NCBI GenBank assembly: GCA_020184695.1 | Contig: JAANOX010000279.1 | Span: 62,001-126,000, forward strand | Length of the DNA: 64,000 nt | From: Histomonas meleagridis 2922-C6/04-290x | Lineage: Eukaryota; Protista; Parabasalia | Direction: 5' to 3' | Shown here: positions 53,501-64,000 of the stretch, piece by piece | Layout of the letters: the number at the start of each line of letters is the position of its first letter | How positions within the stretch are numbered: position 1 is the first letter of the stretch | Notes under the pieces: model-generated | Databases searched by the model: none | Seen by the model: only the letters and a program-made list of their open reading frames with translations | What the model was told of the DNA's origin: nothing | Made by a program: the position numbers and the translations under genes

Positions 53501-55398
53501 TTTGATATTAAAACATCTTTTGCATTAAATAATACACCATCGAATTTATTTAAATTATTATATACAAATGAAAATACTTCATACGATTGCATATCTGATA
53601 TGTTAATTACATGATTTACATAATATGTTAAATTTATACCAAATTCAGTCAAAATTGCAAGACAAAAATTAATTGATTGCATTTGATTAATTAAAATTTC
53701 AGATGATCTTAATGCGAAAAAATAATTTTCATTCATTAATAACGATTTTAGATCACTTCGTTTTAATATTCGATTAAGGATCTTTTTGTTAGTTGTTCGT
53801 GGTCTTCCTCCATGTCGAATTATTGTATTTTCTGGGACAAACTCAATAATTCCTTCTAAAAACGCATCTAAACTATGGTTTGTTTGCGCAATAAGAAACA
53901 CTGGCGTTGTTAAAGTATTTGTATTAAGTACACGTACAATTTCACGTGCAAGATGTGTTTTACCTGTACCTGGATGACCATTAACTAAAGTTAAAGGATA
54001 TTCAAAGAAATGTTTAAGAGCAGCGAATTGTTCATGATCAACACGTAATAAATTATCAATTTTTTTTTCAGTCAAATAAGAAAACCATTTATTTGGTTGT
54101 TTCATTTTTTCATCTTTAATCGAATTATTGTCAATCTTTAAAACATTTTGATTAAATTCATAATAATCATCTATTGGAATTTGTTTAAATTTATGTTTAA
54201 CAATTTGATCAAATATTGTTGGAAATGAATCTTCATTAATGTTTTTTAATGATTTCAAACATACTTCATGAGGAAACCAAGAATCAGGACTTTCAAACAT
54301 ATAATAAGTTTCTCCTGGTTTAATTTCTCCTCTGACTAAAAATGCTGGAAGAATATTCTTGTTTAAGATTTCAACATACATTTTCGATTTTGGAAATCGT
54401 TTTTCTGCTTTAGCACGTGATAAACAAACAGCATTTACTGTTTCACAATTCTTATCTTTAGATAAGAGTAATATATTATTATCGCCTAAACGTCGTAACT
54501 TAGGCCAATCGATAATAACGTTTTTCCTCCAATTTGGTGGAATACGAATTTCAAAATGAAGTAATATATTAATATCAGAAGATTCATTCATAAATAATGG
54601 TAACATAAATACATTCTCATATAAATATAAATCACGTGGATCTAAATTACCATTTCGAAGTGATTGAATACCTTTACATAATGGAACTAGAAAATTTTCC
54701 ATTTCAAGTGATATTAATGTATTAGCAAGAGAATTCGCATCTGGATAACCAACATTATATAAATTTTTTATTGTTATGCTTCCATTTAAATTGGAATTAA
54801 TCATTTCAGTAGTAGGATATAATTGTTCAAGTGAATAAAGTTTGTTATTTATGTTTTGGACAATGTTTTGTAAATAAGAATTAGTTTCTTCATAATATTG
54901 TTTGATATGTTCATCTTTGTGTGTTAATGGCTCAATTTCTTGAGTAAGGAATTTGCTTAAAACATTAACTTTACTTGGAATTGATTTACCAATCATTCCA
55001 ACTAATTTAAATACTAAATAACAATTTTGATGAGATGAATTGAAGCTTTGTTCTATAAGATATGAACGACAAAGGTCTCCAAGTATAAACAAATTATTCT
55101 TAAAAAAAATAGAGAAAATTTTGGATGTTTCATTTACATTTGGATGATTTTTAAGAGAATCAGAAGTAAAAATTTCTAAAAAAATTGTGAATTCTTTAAT
55201 GTTTTTCTGCTTCTTAAAAAAGCCAATGACCAAACTCCATTTTTCTATATCTAAAAATATCGTATGAGTATTTTTTTTCCCTATGTAAAAGCTTTGCATA
55301 AAATTATGAATATCTTTTACATTTGTAAATTTAGTGGGTGGAGTTTTTTTTATCCGTTTATTACGTGACTGATGTGGTCGTATACCTCTAGGTGGCAT
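50572..55398 (-). CDS. ZNFX1: ZNFX1-like SF1 (Upf1-like) RNA helicase with NF-X1-type Cys/His-rich C-terminus
   Basis: Helicase motifs GHPGTGKT, QTNHSLDAFLE, IIEEVGE, IGDFNQLRP, QRRMHPEI, IDNFQGEE and VTLSRAR, followed by an LPCGHQC...-type zinc-finger array. The start is placed at MPPRG (55398); the frame is open to 55512. Confidence 0.82.
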   Translation of the reverse strand: MPPRGIRPHQSRNKRIKKTPPTKFTNVKDIHNFMQSFYIGKKNTHTIFLDIEKWSLVIGFFKKQKNIKEFTIFLEIFTSDSLKNHPNVNETSKIFSIFFKNNLFILGDLCRSYLIEQSFNSSHQNCYLVFKLVGMIGKSIPSKVNVLSKFLTQEIEPLTHKDEHIKQYYEETNSYLQNIVQNINNKLYSLEQLYPTTEMINSNLNGSITIKNLYNVGYPDANSLANTLISLEMENFLVPLCKGIQSLRNGNLDPRDLYLYENVFMLPLFMNESSDINILLHFEIRIPPNWRKNVIIDWPKLRRLGDNNILLLSKDKNCETVNAVCLSRAKAEKRFPKSKMYVEILNKNILPAFLVRGEIKPGETYYMFESPDSWFPHEVCLKSLKNINEDSFPTIFDQIVKHKFKQIPIDDYYEFNQNVLKIDNNSIKDEKMKQPNKWFSYLTEKKIDNLLRVDHEQFAALKHFFEYPLTLVNGHPGTGKTHLAREIVRVLNTNTLTTPVFLIAQTNHSLDAFLEGIIEFVPENTIIRHGGRPRTTNKKILNRILKRSDLKSLLMNENYFFALRSSEILINQMQSINFCLAILTEFGINLTYYVNHVINISDMQSYEVFSFVYNNLNKFDGVLFNAKDVLISKANTKFQIDENQINKIKEEELWKLWFFGSQYDNFFVQNTNIKPYDYNYVYQNDFVNYYDNSYYGENNEFYGYDDDNVYFDDVSYIFPNAVPTVSKITKKQIINKTLKKKSIKTSNKEEEEEEEEEENERQERDDLEYIINTETDIKDLHLTNNIKDIKDLNLSIFMDETNEIFRKYINETKLTPLKNIYKFVQQLITYLMTKRKEIMQDIDKQQKKMRKLECLAYGNYYRQFKFIGMTTTFALLYKRAIEKSGCQYMIIEEVGELNEAATIGLIPKTIQHLAMIGDFNQLRPKVEYELTNQINPNASYDISTFERLVKAEQKLNGKDLFTLTIQRRMHPEISNLVKKFFCKDIKNAINTEEHYLANGTFSHISCILHNNQESSAITSRSKTNTLEALYCARLVLFYRCRGFKAKDITVISLYKGQMLLIKKTLQTLYQNIKKIKGFDPFCGDTFKDVTIQCIDNFQGEENKVTIISITRSDSIGFVKTMNRILVTLSRARNVLCIVGNGKLLKSNESGIWPQIIEYLEKQHHIVAKGIWTKNCSHLENAEFLYPIIDTDDIKSLTNLYSPCNNKCNYKLPCGHQCHCHCHYNDNHYSFKCNEVCNHPCDNCGYLCKDKCYQCTERGHHKECRNIVQYTFPNCGHTCEFKCCDITKGNIVCYAVCNHPCKLCGAPCKDKCHKCTIRGHHQECQNVIPYTFPNCGHTCKFKCCDIAKGNIFCNAVCNHPCKLCGAPCKDKCYKCTERGHHQECQNVIPYTFPNCGHTCKFKCCDIAKGNIFCNAVCNHPCKLCGAPCKEICYKCTERGHHQECRNIVTYKFPSCGHKWNVYCYTIKNGTAKCRAKCDELLNCGHRCCGVCYECKISGHPKCTEQCLFVYPCGHQCTSNCSDESIQHQHILCKHCQANEENVRYVINAEKVLNGIQNAWFSDKSVLRHSWGFKKCSCGTWNMVDENMPSSFNCQNPKCQFHQNEHCQIA
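51040..51700 (-). repeat. In-frame 180-bp (60-aa) tandem repeat within the ZNFX1-like zinc-finger region, about 3.6 copies
   Basis: Lines 51061-51240, 51241-51420 and 51421-51600 are near-identical at offset 180 (VCNHPCKLCGAPCKDKC...GHHQECQNVIPYTFPNCGHTCKFKCCDIAKGNIFCNA). Confidence 0.9.
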
Positions 55399-56400
55399 GT
55401 AGAATAGATTTATAAATATGCTTTGGATCATCACTTTTTTAATGTATTTTAATCGGACTGTATTTTGCCAAACCGTTTTCCATATATTATTTTCATTTAA
55501 AATATGTGTCATTAATATTTTGATTGAAAATCAGGTTGAAAGAATGGTAATTTCTTTAAAAAAGTGGGATCGTTTTCTATCGTTCGAAATTTACCCTTTA
55601 AAAATCGATTGAGAGGATTTGGAGGTTTGGTCTGCGGTTGTGTAATTGATCCTATGCTTTGCTATGGATAAAAATACGGTATAAAATTGTATACACTGGC
55701 ATTTTTTATTGGCAACAATATATTCGAAAATATGCCTAGGCATATTAACGAAAATCGTTTTTTATTTCAACATCCAGTGTATTTGGTCTCTCTCATTTGT
55801 GATTTAGTACACCAAATTTATTAATATAGGAATTCAATTATTATATCAATCACATTTAGGCTATTAATATATACTCAAATATTTTCATATATCATTATAA
55901 TTTAATAATTTTATTATGCTAAAATGTACATTTTTTCCCATCCATCAATATTTTAACTGTTATTCTTTCAACATATATGTGAATTTAAATATATTATAAT
56001 GTTTTATTTATTATTAATAAATCTTTTGTTCTCTTTCTATTTTCAGCATATGATATTAACGAAATTTTTAATTAGAGGCATTCACCAGAATATGAAACTC
56101 AAAAAATGTGAAAAAATTCTAAAAATCGATAATTTATATGGTTTTGTTAGCTTCTCATGTCCTAATATCATAATTTTTGCATCAAAATCTGACGTTTTAC
56201 TCCATCTATTTTTTATCTAACAAATTTACAGAAAAATGACATCTAAATAATTTTTTTCCACTAAATTGACAAGGTTTGTCTGTAGCAAAAATATTGAAAA
56301 CATTTCACTTTAAAAACGACGTAATTTTTGGCACTTATTTATCACCAAAGTTATCTATGAAATCATTAAAAATCAAATACAACTAATTTTTAATAAAATT

Positions 56401-58656
56401 CTACTCTGGATTTATATTACATCCACTATCTAAATCAGATTCATTTGAATAATAATCCTCTTCTTTACCAACATATTCATCTATCAAATTTTGGATTGCA
56501 AATCTTGAACTTAATTCATTAAACACTTTATCTTCATCAAAATCAGGCACATATTCCAATGATTTTGCCCACTCCTTATCCTGCACTAATTTTTCGTTAA
56601 CTTCTTTAATGTCTTTTATAAATTCTTCAGGTATTTTTGGAGCTAAACTTAATGTATATGGATAAACACTTTCTTCACTTAAATTTGAGTAACTTTGTTC
56701 GCTTTCAGGTGAATTTTTGAATTCGATTGAATCTTCTTTTTCAAATTTTGAATTATTCGAGTTTTTGAGAGTTAACCGTTTCTCTACGACTTCAAGAATT
56801 GCTTGTAAATTAAGTTTTTCTCTTTGTGATACATTATATTTAGTCAAATCATTTCTTGGTAAATGTATCTTTCCACAAATATTTTCTTCTTGTAATTTGT
56901 TAAATAATAACCTTAAAGATTTTATATTTAAATCATTTTCATCAAAGAAAAGTTCAGTTAAAGAATTACATTTCTTAAACAAATCAATGATACATGGAAT
57001 AATTATATCACCCGAATGATTCTTTGATAAATCAAGTAAACTAATTGTTTTATTTCCACTGAATCCTTTAAGTAATTTTTCAATTGAATCAGAAAGATAA
57101 ATTTCATTCATTCCAGAAATCGAAAGTTTTTGAATTGATTTATTCTCTCCAAAAGCAACTCCAAGTTCATTTAGAAAAGGGGTTTCATAATTAAGACAAC
57201 CACGTAGAGATAAATTTATGATTCCAGAAGAAATTTTAATAAAATTGCAAAATTGTTTTTGAATTGGATTCTTATCGAAATATAACTTTTTGAGCGGTTT
57301 ACAATCGAAGGATTCAATGAAATTGTAAAAACTGTTCCATTGTGAATTAGTTTGTAAACTATTCGAAATAGATAGTGCAAAAAATGAATGAGAATCATCA
57401 CTATGCAACAAACTAATTGCTCGAATTATTTTTTCCATTGCATTATCACACCATTGTACATTATCTAAATGTAAAGAAGTAAGTTTTGATGGTAATTTAA
57501 TATCGAATTCTATTGGTGTTAAAAATTTATTCCCAGAAATATGTAATGAACGTAAATTATGTGATTGATATTTATTTAATTGCTCAAATAAAAGAGTCAA
57601 ATTTAGCTTTGAATTGTTTAAAATTAGAGTTTGGAGATCTGTAAGATATTCCAAAATATCCGAAATCTGAACATATTTACAACCAGTAAGAGAAAGAAAG
57701 ATAAGTGATTGAAAGCCGATGTTTGTAGCAACTAATGGGCGAAGCATTTGATAGCCTTGAAGGTTGAGGCGATTTTCGATTGCAATGGATTTGATATAAC
57801 CTTTCTCAAGAATATTGGATAATTTGATAACAAATTTTTCACCAAATATATTGTCATGGAAACTGATGCCTGTAACGATAGTTTGCGTGGCTTTAATAAG
57901 AGCATCACTGAAATCAGAAAATTGTGGTGATAATGTTTCATGAGTTTCAATCATTGTAATAGTACTATTCGTGTATATAAAATTGGCAAGCAACTTCCAA
58001 AATTGGCATTTCTGTGATGATTTTGGAATGATAAGATGACGAATAAGTGGTAAAAATGAAATTGAATCTAAAATAATATCCATATATGGATAGAAATCAA
58101 TGAAATAATTAAGATCAAGAGTATGATTTTTTACGTAAGATGGATTATTTTCAATGATTTTTTGAATTTTAGTAATTAATTCATTTGGAATTTCTCGATC
58201 AGTAGAAAAACCAAGAAACAGAACTCGCTTTTCCATGGCATCGGCAGGTAGTTTATATCCTTCCAGATATTTTTCATTAAAATTAAATTCAGGAATCTTG
58301 TATTTAGGAATAATAGATTGTATGTGATTAGCAACAGCAACTAAAAAATCAATAGAATGTGAATCTTCAAAAGAAAAAGTATTTGATGAAGTGGAAACTT
58401 GAAATTGATTTTCATCAGGATTACATCCCAAAGAAGTTATTTCGTCCCATCTTATTTGGTTCTTTACCTTATTGTTTCTTTTTTTGAACTTGTTATTAAA
58501 TATATTTAAATGGTATAATGTGCATACAATCAAACAATCAGAAGTTATATTTTTGCTTTTGATAAATTTTGTATTAACTGCAATAAACGTTGTATTAACT
58601 CCTGGTAAATTGCATGATTCTTTTACTTGTTGAATTAGATTTGAAGATGATTGCAA
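56401..58656 (-). CDS. RNI-like leucine-rich-repeat protein (CARMIL-like architecture); no in-frame ATG at the 5' end
   Basis: 751-codon open frame with an N-terminal PH-like segment, RI-type LRRs (LRSLHISGN, ISLLDLSKNH, LTELFFDENDL) and an acidic tail. Confidence 0.7.
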   Translation of the reverse strand: MQSSSNLIQQVKESCNLPGVNTTFIAVNTKFIKSKNITSDCLIVCTLYHLNIFNNKFKKRNNKVKNQIRWDEITSLGCNPDENQFQVSTSSNTFSFEDSHSIDFLVAVANHIQSIIPKYKIPEFNFNEKYLEGYKLPADAMEKRVLFLGFSTDREIPNELITKIQKIIENNPSYVKNHTLDLNYFIDFYPYMDIILDSISFLPLIRHLIIPKSSQKCQFWKLLANFIYTNSTITMIETHETLSPQFSDFSDALIKATQTIVTGISFHDNIFGEKFVIKLSNILEKGYIKSIAIENRLNLQGYQMLRPLVATNIGFQSLIFLSLTGCKYVQISDILEYLTDLQTLILNNSKLNLTLLFEQLNKYQSHNLRSLHISGNKFLTPIEFDIKLPSKLTSLHLDNVQWCDNAMEKIIRAISLLHSDDSHSFFALSISNSLQTNSQWNSFYNFIESFDCKPLKKLYFDKNPIQKQFCNFIKISSGIINLSLRGCLNYETPFLNELGVAFGENKSIQKLSISGMNEIYLSDSIEKLLKGFSGNKTISLLDLSKNHSGDIIIPCIIDLFKKCNSLTELFFDENDLNIKSLRLLFNKLQEENICGKIHLPRNDLTKYNVSQREKLNLQAILEVVEKRLTLKNSNNSKFEKEDSIEFKNSPESEQSYSNLSEESVYPYTLSLAPKIPEEFIKDIKEVNEKLVQDKEWAKSLEYVPDFDEDKVFNELSSRFAIQNLIDEYVGKEEDYYSNESDLDSGCNINPE

Positions 58657-59687
58657 TGGGATTATAGTGATTTTATTTCTGCAGTTTATTTATTTGAAAA
58701 CTACCTTCCTCTTCAAATTTTCTGATAATTCAAAATAAATTGAGAGTGATTAGAGAGGGAAAAGATTTCTCCATCACAGAAGGATGTGTGACAAATTATA
58801 GCACATAACACCATTTCAAAAAGAAAAGCAAATGAGCTTGCTATTGAAGAACTATGAAATTTAAATTAATTGAATTCAAATCATAAAATAACTAGTAATA
58901 ATCATTTGAATTGGCAAACAACATGAGTGATGCAATTTTTCCATGAGTGTCATGGATATTTATTTAGTTAACTATAAAAAAATTAATTATGATTTAATCA
59001 AAAATGATATGCTCCACCCAATACCTTATGTGAACCGTATGATTGAAGCTACATGAGAACACATTCACTAAGGATTAAATTCATTTAATTATCGTTTTTA
59101 TTATCAATAATAGAATTAAATACCTTTGAAAACATTACTAGAAATACTGCTTTACTCATTTGTTATCCCCTCTCTTCCTTTTTCATATATCACATTTAAC
59201 GATATGAAATTAAAAATTATGGTTTATTGATATTTTTTCGTAATTTTAGAATTTCATATCAAGTTGTTTTTAATACATAAGTTTTCTGACATGAGAAAGG
59301 AATTGGGGGAAATGATATAGAAATCTAATAGAAATGATCATACGTTAACTCACTTCACCTTATAGAGTTTTGAAATGTTTACTCCAGTTAAAAAGTCGTT
59401 ACGACGGAACTTCAACAGTTATAATCATCTTGCTCTGTTGTGTGACTCTAATTTAAAAATAACCTTATCTGTAAAATAAAACATTGTTTCACAATATTGA
59501 ATCTTACTTCGAAGTATGTATAAAGCATAATGAAACTTCGTTTGGAAGCTAATTTATCTTTTTACATGTGAACAATTTCCATATCAATTTTTCAATACTT
59601 TTTTTCAAAGTGTAACAGTATAAAAGCATTGAAAAAGTGATTTCGATTTGACACAATAATGAAAAGTGGCAATTACAAAGAAAAAGC

Positions 59688-62600
59688 ATGAGTCAAGTTC
59701 AGGGAACAGATGCACAGCTAATTAAGATATACGAAGAAAAAGGAATAAGCGATGCATTTTGGCCTAAACATAAAATTCTCGGAACTAAAAAAATTGAAAA
59801 TCCTTTCTTTGATATCAATTCTAAAACAGCAGCAGGAAAAGAAGCATTAAAAGAGCACCCATCAATTACGCTTCTATGCGATGAGTGTCTCGTTTATGAT
59901 GTTGATCCATCTAATATAACAATTGACAAAGAATATTCTAATCACAGAAATTTACTTTTTAGATCAGAAATTCAAGGTAATGGTAAAGAAGCACCAATTG
60001 AGAAGGATCCCACCTTCCTTGCAACTACAGCCACAATTTCAGATTATCAACTTCAATCTTATAATATTCAACTTAACAAAATGCCTCCACTTAATATGCA
60101 TAAAATAATAGTCATTAGCGTAGGTGATCTTGTAACAAGTTACAAACTCATTGAACCAATAGTAATTTCAATGTTCATGCTTGATTCCACAACAGGTAAA
60201 ATCATTAGCGAACGATGGAACTTCATTCCCGATTCGAGTTCTCGTTTCTTTAACAACAAGGCGGAAACAAACAAAACTGCTGCATTTGATATTACAAATT
60301 ATGAATCAACAGCAGTTATTGTTGCAGAATATTTCCGTGTATTGCAAACTGATTCCGGTGATGTTTGCAATGCTTATCTTAAGAAAGGAGCATCTCAATC
60401 TAAAGCAGTTGCATCTGTAAATGCATGTTGGCCCAAACTTAAAGGTGCATATTCACCATTTGCTTTCTCATATATTCAATATAACAATATCAAAGGCACC
60501 AGATGTGAATTTCCTTCAGCAATAATTCCAGATAAGTTATTAACATCAGATTATATCTCAGCATACATTGCCAAACCAAAAAGTAGAGCTGATAACTTCC
60601 CTATTAATCTTAGTTTTAATGTGAATCTCTTAGGTGTTAATAAGCCAAGTGAAATTCCTTCCAAATACATTAAAATCCCGCCATTATATCCACTTACAAC
60701 ACAGCCTATAATCGAATATAGGCACCAACTAGTCGTTAACTTAGGCCAATCTAAGTTTGACTTCCCTCCCAAAGTTAACGCACGTAACATAATCGCATCA
60801 ATTTCACTTTTGAATGGAAGCGACCGTTTAAAGGCTATTCATAGTAAATGGAATGAAGAAGAATTAGTATATGAAGAATACTCACGATGTTATTATCATG
60901 AAAAGGCTCCATTATTTGATGATGAGTTTGTTATTGATTTGCCATATCCACTTGGTTCAGATTTGATGATTTTTATCAAATATTTCCATGCTTCTACACA
61001 AGAAAAAGAAGAAGCATTCCGACCATTTGCTATCTCAGTATTACCATTAGTGATCAATGGGAAATTTTTACAAGATGGAATTAAATCGATTGGAATATCA
61101 TACAACACATCCATTATCAAATATCAAAAACCGATTCAAAGCAACTTCCAAAACATTCAGACATATTTAAGGTCGACCATTATTTCAAATGATGAAGACA
61201 CGATATGTTTATATTCCAAAAAAGATAATTCCAAAATCGATGTATCAAAAATCTCTAATGAATCCATAATACAAAACTTATTTTTAGTACTTGATACCAT
61301 TTTAAACAATATAATTACATTACCTAAAGAATCAGTCAACAATTTAATTTCATTAGGCCGATTAACAAGAACAGTAACATCACAACAACTGAATAATATG
61401 TTAACTATTTATTCATCAGCTTATGCGTTTCGAAATGTCACTGAAAAAGAAACATTAAAAGCGCATTATTCCATCTTTAAGTATTGGGGCGAATATATGA
61501 TATTATTCACACAACAAAATCAATCGCAACGAATTGATATACATATTTCATCATTTCTTTTTTCATTAATAATGAAATCGATAATTATATCCGGAGACAC
61601 CAACTTTAATAATGAATTAAATATATTTTCAACACAATTCTCAACGTCAATCATCGAATTAATGAAAGAATCGATACAAGACGCAAAGATATTAGTTAAC
61701 TCTTATGCCGAATTCATTAGTTTGTTATCTACACAAGACTTCTTTGAAGCAGCAGGAACGAATTTAATGTCATTCATTGCGACATTTATGGGTAATATCT
61801 CAATTGAAGTTGATGAGATATCAACGCAATTCATTGAGACAGCATTAAATCCAAAGTTATTCATTGCATTAACATTTAACAAAATGTTAAAATCATTTTT
61901 ACAATTCTTAATCGATAGAGCTATTCGAACACCAGAATCGAAACCAATACAAAACATATTTTTAATATTAGCGAAACTTTTCACATTAATACCGAAAAAT
62001 GTAAGAAGTGACATCGCTAATGAATACATTGATATTATTTCATCATTTAATAATGAAATGAAACATAATCGTAATCAATTATTAACATCATTCACTGTAA
62101 TTGCATTTATATTACGATATGTAAATGATAATGAATTCATCCAATTCTTTAACAAAGCAAATCAAAACAAATTAAATTCTTTTATCCATTTCTTCTTACA
62201 AAAACTTAAAAATAATCCGAATAATGATATACGTAATTCTACAACATTTACATTACCAATTCCTACAAATATTACTACAAAAAGATTAAGTTCTGCTGAA
62301 GCACAAAATAATGAAACAAATAATAATAAAAGACGTAAATTTACACAAATGTCACAAAATAGAGTTTCATCATTATTTGTCGAAAGTATATTTAATACAC
62401 AACAAATTCGAGAAATATCTTTAGATTCATTATTATCGATATTACATATGTTAGAAATCATATTGAAAAAAGGTAATGAAGAATCAGGAAAATTTGTTAT
62501 TGATATATTATATCATATATTAATGTTAGATATCTGTATTGATGTTATATATCCATTACAAAAAGTATTAATTTTATTATTTGATAAACATTTGAAGTTA

Positions 62601-64000
62601 TTATTCGATAGTTCAACACCACCATTTACATTATTTATACGTAAAGTTTTATCATTAGCTGCAATACAACATTCCGAAGCTTCTGATTTAATGACTCAAA
62701 CATTACCATATCTATTTAAAGTCGAACGGAAACATTATAAAACTAATAATCGAAGTCGTGTATGTATCATTAGAGCAATTTCTAAGATGAATGATAATGA
62801 TATTGAATCAAAATATTTACATAATTCATTAAAGAATTATATCGAGAATGATTCAAATATGGAATTGATATATAATACTGTAACTGAGTTAACAAAGATT
62901 AATAATGACATGAGATTGATTGACCCAAAGCATTACGAAAAACTAAGGAAAGAACATCGCGTTGACGCTGCTTCAGATTCAAAGACAATCATTGAAAAAT
63001 ACGCCGATGACATTTTACAACGCTCTCGAATTTTACGGTTATCGCCCGATGCGTCAGCGGAAGAAATTCAAATTTTGAGTGAATATAACTCAAAAAATAA
63101 TTACACAAGTGAAGCTTTGATGTGTCAGTTATATCAAATTGCGATCATAACCGAATACTTAACGATCCTGAAACGTATGCCTAACGCTTATGACTTACAA
63201 CATCCGGCGTTAGTGTTTGTTACGTTGTTTACTGAGGCACGTTCTGCTGTTTGTCCTGAAGAACTTTTAGAAGATTTACCTTACATTAATACATTTTGTG
63301 ATTCTTCAATATTTAGTGAGTCTGGTTTATATATGGTGTTACAAGACATCTATACGTTTTGTAAGCAAAGTAGATATTTCGAATTGTCGAATGAAATCAC
63401 GAGAGTCATTTATCCAATATTTGAAAAACATAAAATGTTCGCTCAACTCGGGCGGTTTTTCCAACAATCTGAAATTTCATATAAAGTTATCGATAATATG
63501 TCAAGCAGCACCGATAGGTTATTCGGCCGTTATTACCGTGTCAGTTTTTATGGCAAAATTTTCGGTGATGAAGATGGCAAAGTTTACATCTATCGTGAAA
63601 CAAAATTGGCTCATATCTTCGAAGTCTCAAAACGTATCGAAGACTCTTACAAGGCATTGTACGGCGAGAAAAAGATCGAGTTGTTACAAATTAGTGGATT
63701 CGTCGATCGATTATTATTAGATAAAAATAAGGGATATATCCAAATTACTTTCGTGGAGCCTTACTTCGAGAAGGAAGAATTACCTCAAAGAGTTACTGTG
63801 TATGAACAAGGTAACAAACTTAAGTCATTCAAATTTGAGGCACCATTTGTTAAAGGTGAACGGAAAGCTCAAGGTAGCGTAGATACACAATGGTTACGTA
63901 GGACAATTTTGAAGGTTAACCAGATGATGCCTTCATTAACAAAACGTGTCGAAGTACCGAAAGAAGGAATTATTATCATCGAATACGAACCAATCAGAGT
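59688..64000 (+). CDS. DOCK-family Rho GEF (DOCK-C/D-like), 3'-truncated by the window edge
   Basis: The frame from ATG 59688 matches the frame at the window end and spot checks found no stops. N-terminal IEPIVISMFMLD..GKIISERWNF, a C2-DOCK region (RCYYHEKAPLFDDEFVIDLP) and DHR-2 segments (RLFGRYYRVSFYG, YIYRE, YIQITFVEPYF, EAPFVKG, RRTIL) are present. Confidence 0.88.
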   Translation, partial: MSQVQGTDAQLIKIYEEKGISDAFWPKHKILGTKKIENPFFDINSKTAAGKEALKEHPSITLLCDECLVYDVDPSNITIDKEYSNHRNLLFRSEIQGNGKEAPIEKDPTFLATTATISDYQLQSYNIQLNKMPPLNMHKIIVISVGDLVTSYKLIEPIVISMFMLDSTTGKIISERWNFIPDSSSRFFNNKAETNKTAAFDITNYESTAVIVAEYFRVLQTDSGDVCNAYLKKGASQSKAVASVNACWPKLKGAYSPFAFSYIQYNNIKGTRCEFPSAIIPDKLLTSDYISAYIAKPKSRADNFPINLSFNVNLLGVNKPSEIPSKYIKIPPLYPLTTQPIIEYRHQLVVNLGQSKFDFPPKVNARNIIASISLLNGSDRLKAIHSKWNEEELVYEEYSRCYYHEKAPLFDDEFVIDLPYPLGSDLMIFIKYFHASTQEKEEAFRPFAISVLPLVINGKFLQDGIKSIGISYNTSIIKYQKPIQSNFQNIQTYLRSTIISNDEDTICLYSKKDNSKIDVSKISNESIIQNLFLVLDTILNNIITLPKESVNNLISLGRLTRTVTSQQLNNMLTIYSSAYAFRNVTEKETLKAHYSIFKYWGEYMILFTQQNQSQRIDIHISSFLFSLIMKSIIISGDTNFNNELNIFSTQFSTSIIELMKESIQDAKILVNSYAEFISLLSTQDFFEAAGTNLMSFIATFMGNISIEVDEISTQFIETALNPKLFIALTFNKMLKSFLQFLIDRAIRTPESKPIQNIFLILAKLFTLIPKNVRSDIANEYIDIISSFNNEMKHNRNQLLTSFTVIAFILRYVNDNEFIQFFNKANQNKLNSFIHFFLQKLKNNPNNDIRNSTTFTLPIPTNITTKRLSSAEAQNNETNNNKRRKFTQMSQNRVSSLFVESIFNTQQIREISLDSLLSILHMLEIILKKGNEESGKFVIDILYHILMLDICIDVIYPLQKVLILLFDKHLKLLFDSSTPPFTLFIRKVLSLAAIQHSEASDLMTQTLPYLFKVERKHYKTNNRSRVCIIRAISKMNDNDIESKYLHNSLKNYIENDSNMELIYNTVTELTKINNDMRLIDPKHYEKLRKEHRVDAASDSKTIIEKYADDILQRSRILRLSPDASAEEIQILSEYNSKNNYTSEALMCQLYQIAIITEYLTILKRMPNAYDLQHPALVFVTLFTEARSAVCPEELLEDLPYINTFCDSSIFSESGLYMVLQDIYTFCKQSRYFELSNEITRVIYPIFEKHKMFAQLGRFFQQSEISYKVIDNMSSSTDRLFGRYYRVSFYGKIFGDEDGKVYIYRETKLAHIFEVSKRIEDSYKALYGEKKIELLQISGFVDRLLLDKNKGYIQITFVEPYFEKEELPQRVTVYEQGNKLKSFKFEAPFVKGERKAQGSVDTQWLRRTILKVNQMMPSLTKRVEVPKEGIIIIEYEPIR

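Noticed and set aside
1161-63720. Numerous short ORFs overlapping or antisense to real genes (for example 3258-3593, 6753-7106, 8495-9171, 50958-51836 and 59923-63720)
   Set aside because: They are shadow frames of well-supported CDSs.

Overview
AT-rich eukaryotic genomic DNA, most likely from a parabasalid (trichomonad). The basis is BspA-type LRR surface proteins, DUF3447-ankyrin genes, a GTATGT...ACTAAC..CAG intron and Inr/M3/M5-like core promoters; the species cannot be determined. Compact housekeeping blocks lie at 0-9.3 kb (enolase-like, GT47, CXC, Nop53-like, Ras-like, DnaJ, RPL9, RRM), 37-44.5 kb (Rab, saposin, kinase, LMBR1, thioredoxin) and 47.4-64 kb (cupin, Exo70, ZNFX1-like helicase, LRR, DOCK GEF). 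An accessory zone at 9.3-37 kb holds ankyrin and BspA families, mariner and Tc1 transposon relics, minisatellites, a fold-back element and an integrase-bearing virus-like remnant. The main unexplained structure is three ankyrin-repeat arrays (12.6-13.6, 18.7-20.2 and 44.6-46.2 kb). In them, 24 intact coding blocks are each preceded, at the same point of the ankyrin loop, by an AT-rich spacer built from about 20-nt units (18 of 24 are exactly 17+20n nt). Of the 24 spacers, 22 break the reading frame or contain a stop, and none carries the spliceosomal signals seen in the real intron in this window. All analysis was by eye; no searches or alignments were run.
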